This document shows positions 54,330-64,000 of a stretch of DNA of 64,000 nucleotides, in pieces. The stretch's first letter is position 1. Each line of letters begins with the position of its first letter. The position numbers and the translations under genes are program-made. Location of the stretch: assembly GCF_009914755.1 (NCBI RefSeq), contig NC_060930.1; one strand, given 5' to 3'. Under the pieces are notes generated by a model. That model did not search any database, had not been told where the DNA came from, and was given only the letters and a program-made list of their open reading frames with translations. The DNA comes from the human T2T-CHM13v2.0 reference genome, Homo sapiens.

Positions 54330-55854
54330 TAAAATCATAGACAATTTTACAATTTTGCTCTGGTAAATTTACTTTGATGGACCATAGGTCATCTGGTGAA
54401 AGGAACCCCTGGATTAGGCTATATTATGACTACATTTTGGCATTATTTGAAGCTAGAGAATACAGGGCTAAGGGTCATCTCTTTTAATTTGAAACTGTTT
54501 AAGGTGAGAAAAGAGTGTGACCCTTTAAAAAGCAGAATTCTCAGGGTGCCCCTGACTGTAAAGGCTCCTAGAGTTGTACCTACTGGGACCAGAGGAGAAG
54601 GCCTGTCTGGCAGTTCCTGATGCTGCTGATAGGGGGTAGATATTCCCAGGGAGCCTTCTTTCAAGCCAAGTGTTTGACTCCCTGTTTTGTTTGGTAGAGA
54701 AGGTTGCACAATGGCTTTTAATCTCATTCAATATTATAAAAGTGTTCTGTTTGCACTACTCAAGTAGTTTGTCACTCTAAACTTAGGGGTAGCAGCTGTT
54801 CTCTGTGCTTGAAAGTGCTAGTGGTAGTAACACCTCAATGGAGTGACTGGTGTTGACTTCCTGCCTCAGGGCTTGTTTAACCCTTAGGGCACCTCATCAA
54901 GTAGAGGAACTAGGCAAGTGTGTCAAGTAAGGAGGGAAGCTGGGAGAGTTGTGGAAGTGTTTTTCTTTGGTATAGGCTATTTTTCACTTACATTTTTATT
55001 AATTAGTTTGTTCCAGAGACGGACACTTAAAAAAAATGAATTCACAAAGGATACAGGGGAATTCAATTTAAGCGGTCATGTTAAAAAAGTAATATCTCCT
55101 TTATAGGCTTAATGTATGTCATAATTGGCTAATTTTTTCCATATGATTATGATGCCTGAGAGACAAGCCTATGGTATGCTGATGAGCCATGGTTAATACA
55201 ATTTTATCTCACTAAATGTCGTCAGGATTTAAGGGAAGACCTTCACACAGATTTTTCTGTATCTACGTGATGATCATTTTCCTGCTTTTCCTTTCTGTCC
55301 CATCTTCACTCCTCCACAGTCATGTTACACTAGTATAGTCATGTGAGTGTGCCCATGAGTGACTCCAAGTTGAGTTCTAAAAAGCAGATTTCACTTAGCC
55401 AGCTGCCCTTGTCAGTTTCAGCCTTGGGAGTCACCTTTTGGTATCTTTTCCCACTGCTTCTTCCTCCTTTCTCAACCATCATTTCTCCTCTCCACTGGAT
55501 TCTACTCACAGGGTTTGTAATCTCCCAGATCATTCAGCATCTGAATGAATTCAGCCGCCAAGGGGAAGATCACTGGCAGATCCCAGTGGGGGTACTTACC
55601 CCTTCCAGACTCTTCCTGAGGAAAGCAAGTTACCTTCCATGTAGCAGGAGTACATTTTATACTAGTTTGGCCTTGTGACTGTTAGAGTGGGAAGTCTGAG
55701 GGAACTGGAGAAGAGATGCAGTTTTAACAGAGGAAAAACATTTAGTAGAGACTGTCCCTTCTGCCTTCGGGCGTGTCCCTCTTCTGGGCATCTTTTCAGG
55801 ATTTCATTCCTACGTCCAACTGCCGTTCACAACTGCCCTTTCCAACTGCTCCAG

Positions 55855-55944
55855 AACTCTTGGCCCTGGCATTCCGTGATGTAAATTATTCCACACATGG
55901 CTCAAAAGGGTGTGAAGCTGTGTGCCAGGTGTCGGATCACTAGT
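55855..55944 (+). other. BICRAL: BICRAL alternative 5'UTR exon (internal 90 nt, or alternative first exon extending further 5')
   Basis: Consensus donor AGT|GTAAGT at 55945 and candidate acceptor CTCCAG|AAC at 55854, in a repeat-free block 0.8 kb before the first coding exon. Confidence 0.6.
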
Positions 55945-56753
55945 GTAAGTTTCCCAGTCTGTGGGGAGAGCTGCTCTTGGAATCTGTGCAGTTGTTGTTG
56001 TTTCAGCCCAAGCATAGTCATTTCACTGGCTAAGCTTGACACTGTCGCTGGTGGGGGAGAGAGGGATCTCGGGGCCTGGAGCTAGGGTGAACTTTTTTGG
56101 TTGAGATTCTCTACTTTAAGGATTCTAGTGTTAGGATGTAGATTGTTTGGAGTTGAACAGGGGTGGTGCTGCTGCAAAAGGAGAATGTGGGACCGGCCGG
56201 CCAGAGCCTGCAGAGACTGCCTGCGGCTAGGGTGCCCCCTCTTCTCTCTCTAAATGCAGGAAGAACCATTTTCCTATCTTCCTAAAGATAGCCAGAATAT
56301 GGCAAAAAATGTAGGTTGCTCACCATGTTTAGGAACATTGAGTCACAAAATTAAAAGACCTCTATGTCTATGAGATCTTTTCTAAAACATAAATATTATT
56401 TCTCCCCTTGTTTATTGTACATTTTGAGGAAGTTACTGTTCATGGTTTATAGCCCCTTGGGGGAATCTGCATGTGAGGGAGGTTGCTGCCAACTATCTTT
56501 GATTTGTCTAGATTCTTTTTTGACTTATAAGTTAAAGGTTTGTTTTCAATAAAAAGTTTAAATTGAATACTTTATCTCTCAAATGACCTCAAAATTTTTA
56601 AAATTACATTAATATTAAGCAGAGGAAAACTCACGTGAATTACAGTTATTTATCCAGAAAAGTGTAAGGCATACTTTTGTATTGCATTGATACTACTGTC
56701 TTTAATCTGCTTTACTGAAACCTGTTTTCCTCTCCCTTTTCTTTATAGTTGTC

Positions 56754-56794
56754 ATGGATGATGATGATGACTCGTGTCTCCTTGATCTTATTGG
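56754..56794 (+). CDS. BICRAL: BICRAL first coding exon (exon 56749-56794; CDS MDDDDDSCLLDLIG, phase-2 end)
   Basis: Polypyrimidine tract + TATAG|TTGTC, Kozak GTCATGG, donor GG|GTAAGA. The peptide is recognisable as the BICRAL N-terminus (paralogous to the BICRA N-terminus). Confidence 0.95.
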
Positions 56795-56945
56795 GTAAGA
56801 TGCTTATTCCAAAACCTGGGTAAATCAAATGTGTGAGGTTTGCTGAACACTAAGACAACCTAATAGCATATAACACCTGATAGGTATTTTAAATAAAAAT
56901 TAAATAATAATCATAGGTTTAGTAGAGAAACAGAGACATGATTAA

Positions 56946-57279
<334 letters not shown>

Positions 57280-57526
57280 AGTAATTATTTATTAAATTTA
57301 TTTCCTAATAAATCCCAGGAGGCAGAAGTGAATAATAATAGGAAATGGCACAACATCAAAACAAAAACAAGATTAAAAAAAAAAAAACCTACTAATAGTT
57401 TTAAAATAGGGAGAGGATTTTACTCAGGTAATAAATCATTTTCTTTCTACTCTAGTAAAAATTAGTTCTAAATATAGATAGTATATTTGTTTGTTGTTTT
57501 ATCTCTTTTTTTCCTCTCTTTTCTAG

Positions 57527-57575
57527 AGACCCACAAGCATTGAACTATTTTCTACATGGACCTAGTAATAAATCT
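57527..57575 (+). CDS. BICRAL: BICRAL coding exon ((G)DPQALNYFLHGPSNKS)
   Basis: Acceptor TTTTCTAG|A, donor TCT|GTAAGT. 41+49 nt = 30 codons in frame; DPQALNxFLHG motif of the BICRA/BICRAL family. Confidence 0.95.
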
Positions 57576-57665
57576 GTAAGTAATGCATAGAATACCACAG
57601 ACATCTATTTTGTTTCTGCTTTACAGTTAAAGTAGTAACCACCTATTGAATTTGTATCTTTGCAG

Positions 57666-57734
57666 AGCAATGATGACTTGACTAATGCAGGATATTCTGC
57701 AGCCAATTCAAATTCAATTTTCGCCAACTCTAGT
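57666..57734 (+). CDS. BICRAL: BICRAL coding exon (SNDDLTNAGYSAANSNSIFANSS)
   Basis: Acceptor TTTGCAG|AGC, donor AGT|GTGAGT; 69 nt, phase 0, open frame. Confidence 0.93.
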
Positions 57735-57854
57735 GTGAGTATTGGAAACTAAATGCAATGATTGAATGGTTTCTGTCTGATTGATGCCTTGTGAACTGAG
57801 CCTTTAACTGCCTTTGTATCATGAGAATCCTTACCTTGTCTGTTGTAATTAATT

Positions 57855-63182
<5,328 letters not shown>

Positions 63183-63226
63183 TCAAAGGTTACATATGCC
63201 ATGTAACATACTGTTTATTTTTTTAG

Positions 63227-64000
63227 AATGCTGATCCTAAGTCATCCCTCAAAGGTGTAAGCAACCAGCTTGGAGAAGGGCCCAGTGATGGACTGCCACT
63301 TTCAAGTAGCCTCCAGTTTCTTGAAGATGAACTCGAGTCTTCTCCTCTTCCTGATCTCACTGAGGACCAACCTTTCGACATTCTTCAGAAATCCTTGCAA
63401 GAGGCCAATATCACTGAACAGACATTGGCAGAAGAGGCATATTTGGATGCCAGTATAGGTTCAAGCCAACAGTTTGCACAAGCTCAGCTTCATCCTTCTT
63501 CATCAGCATCCTTTACTCAGGCTTCTAATGTTTCTAATTACTCAGGTCAGACGCTGCAGCCTATAGGGGTGACGCATGTGCCTGTTGGAGCATCGTTTGC
63601 AAGCAATACAGTGGGTGTACAACATGGCTTTATGCAACATGTGGGGATCAGTGTTCCCAGCCAGCATTTGTCTAATAGCAGTCAGATTAGTGGTTCTGGT
63701 CAAATACAGTTAATTGGGTCATTTGGTAATCATCCTTCCATGATGACTATTAATAACCTAGATGGATCTCAAATCATATTAAAGGGCAGCGGGCAGCAAG
63801 CCCCATCAAATGTGAGTGGAGGGCTCCTGGTTCATAGACAGACTCCTAATGGCAACTCCTTGTTTGGGAACTCTAGTTCCAGTCCAGTAGCACAGCCTGT
63901 TACCGTTCCATTTAACAGCACAAATTTTCAAACATCTTTACCTGTGCATAACATCATCATACAAAGGGGTCTTGCACCAAATTCAAATAAAGTCCCAATT
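63227..64000 (+). CDS. BICRAL: BICRAL large coding exon, truncated by window end (NADPKSSLKG...DQPFDILQKSLQEANITEQTLAEEA...GLAPNSNKVPI)
   Basis: Acceptor TTTTTTTAG|AAT; 258 uninterrupted codons to the window end, in frame with the upstream exons. Contains the DILQxSLQEANITEQTL motif shared with BICRA. Absent from the ORF track, probably because no stop falls in the window. Confidence 0.96.

Noticed and set aside
55897-56085. Unspliced 62-aa ORF MAQKGVKLCARC...
   Set aside because: Crosses a consensus GTAAGT donor at 55945; only the spliced version is considered.
63270-63458. 62-aa ORF listed inside the last exon
   Set aside because: Off-frame shadow (TTG start) of the real BICRAL frame starting at 63227.

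Overview
Primate (almost certainly human) genomic DNA containing the 5' half of BICRAL (GLTSCR1L/KIAA0240, the BICRA paralogue subunit of the non-canonical GBAF/ncBAF SWI/SNF complex) on the + strand. It has a CpG-island first exon (donor after 16849), a 96-nt 5'UTR exon (45040-45135), an alternative UTR exon (donor after 55944), three small coding exons (56749-56794 with ATG at 56754, 57527-57575, 57666-57734) and the start of a large coding exon (63227 to window end). The rest is Alu-dense intron or upstream DNA with L1, L2, MIR, LTR and Tigger/Charlie relics; nearly all ORF-track entries are Alu or GC-rich artefacts. Two observations stand out. (1) In the 5' leader, ATGs from three different upstream exons all feed one alternative reading frame that overlaps the BICRAL start codon. 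(2) Two tiny TSD-flanked insertions (33535-33586 and 15187-15214) look like retroposed copies of the hairpin leader RNA of ERV1 LTRs. Repeat subfamily names and boundaries were assigned by eye and are approximate.
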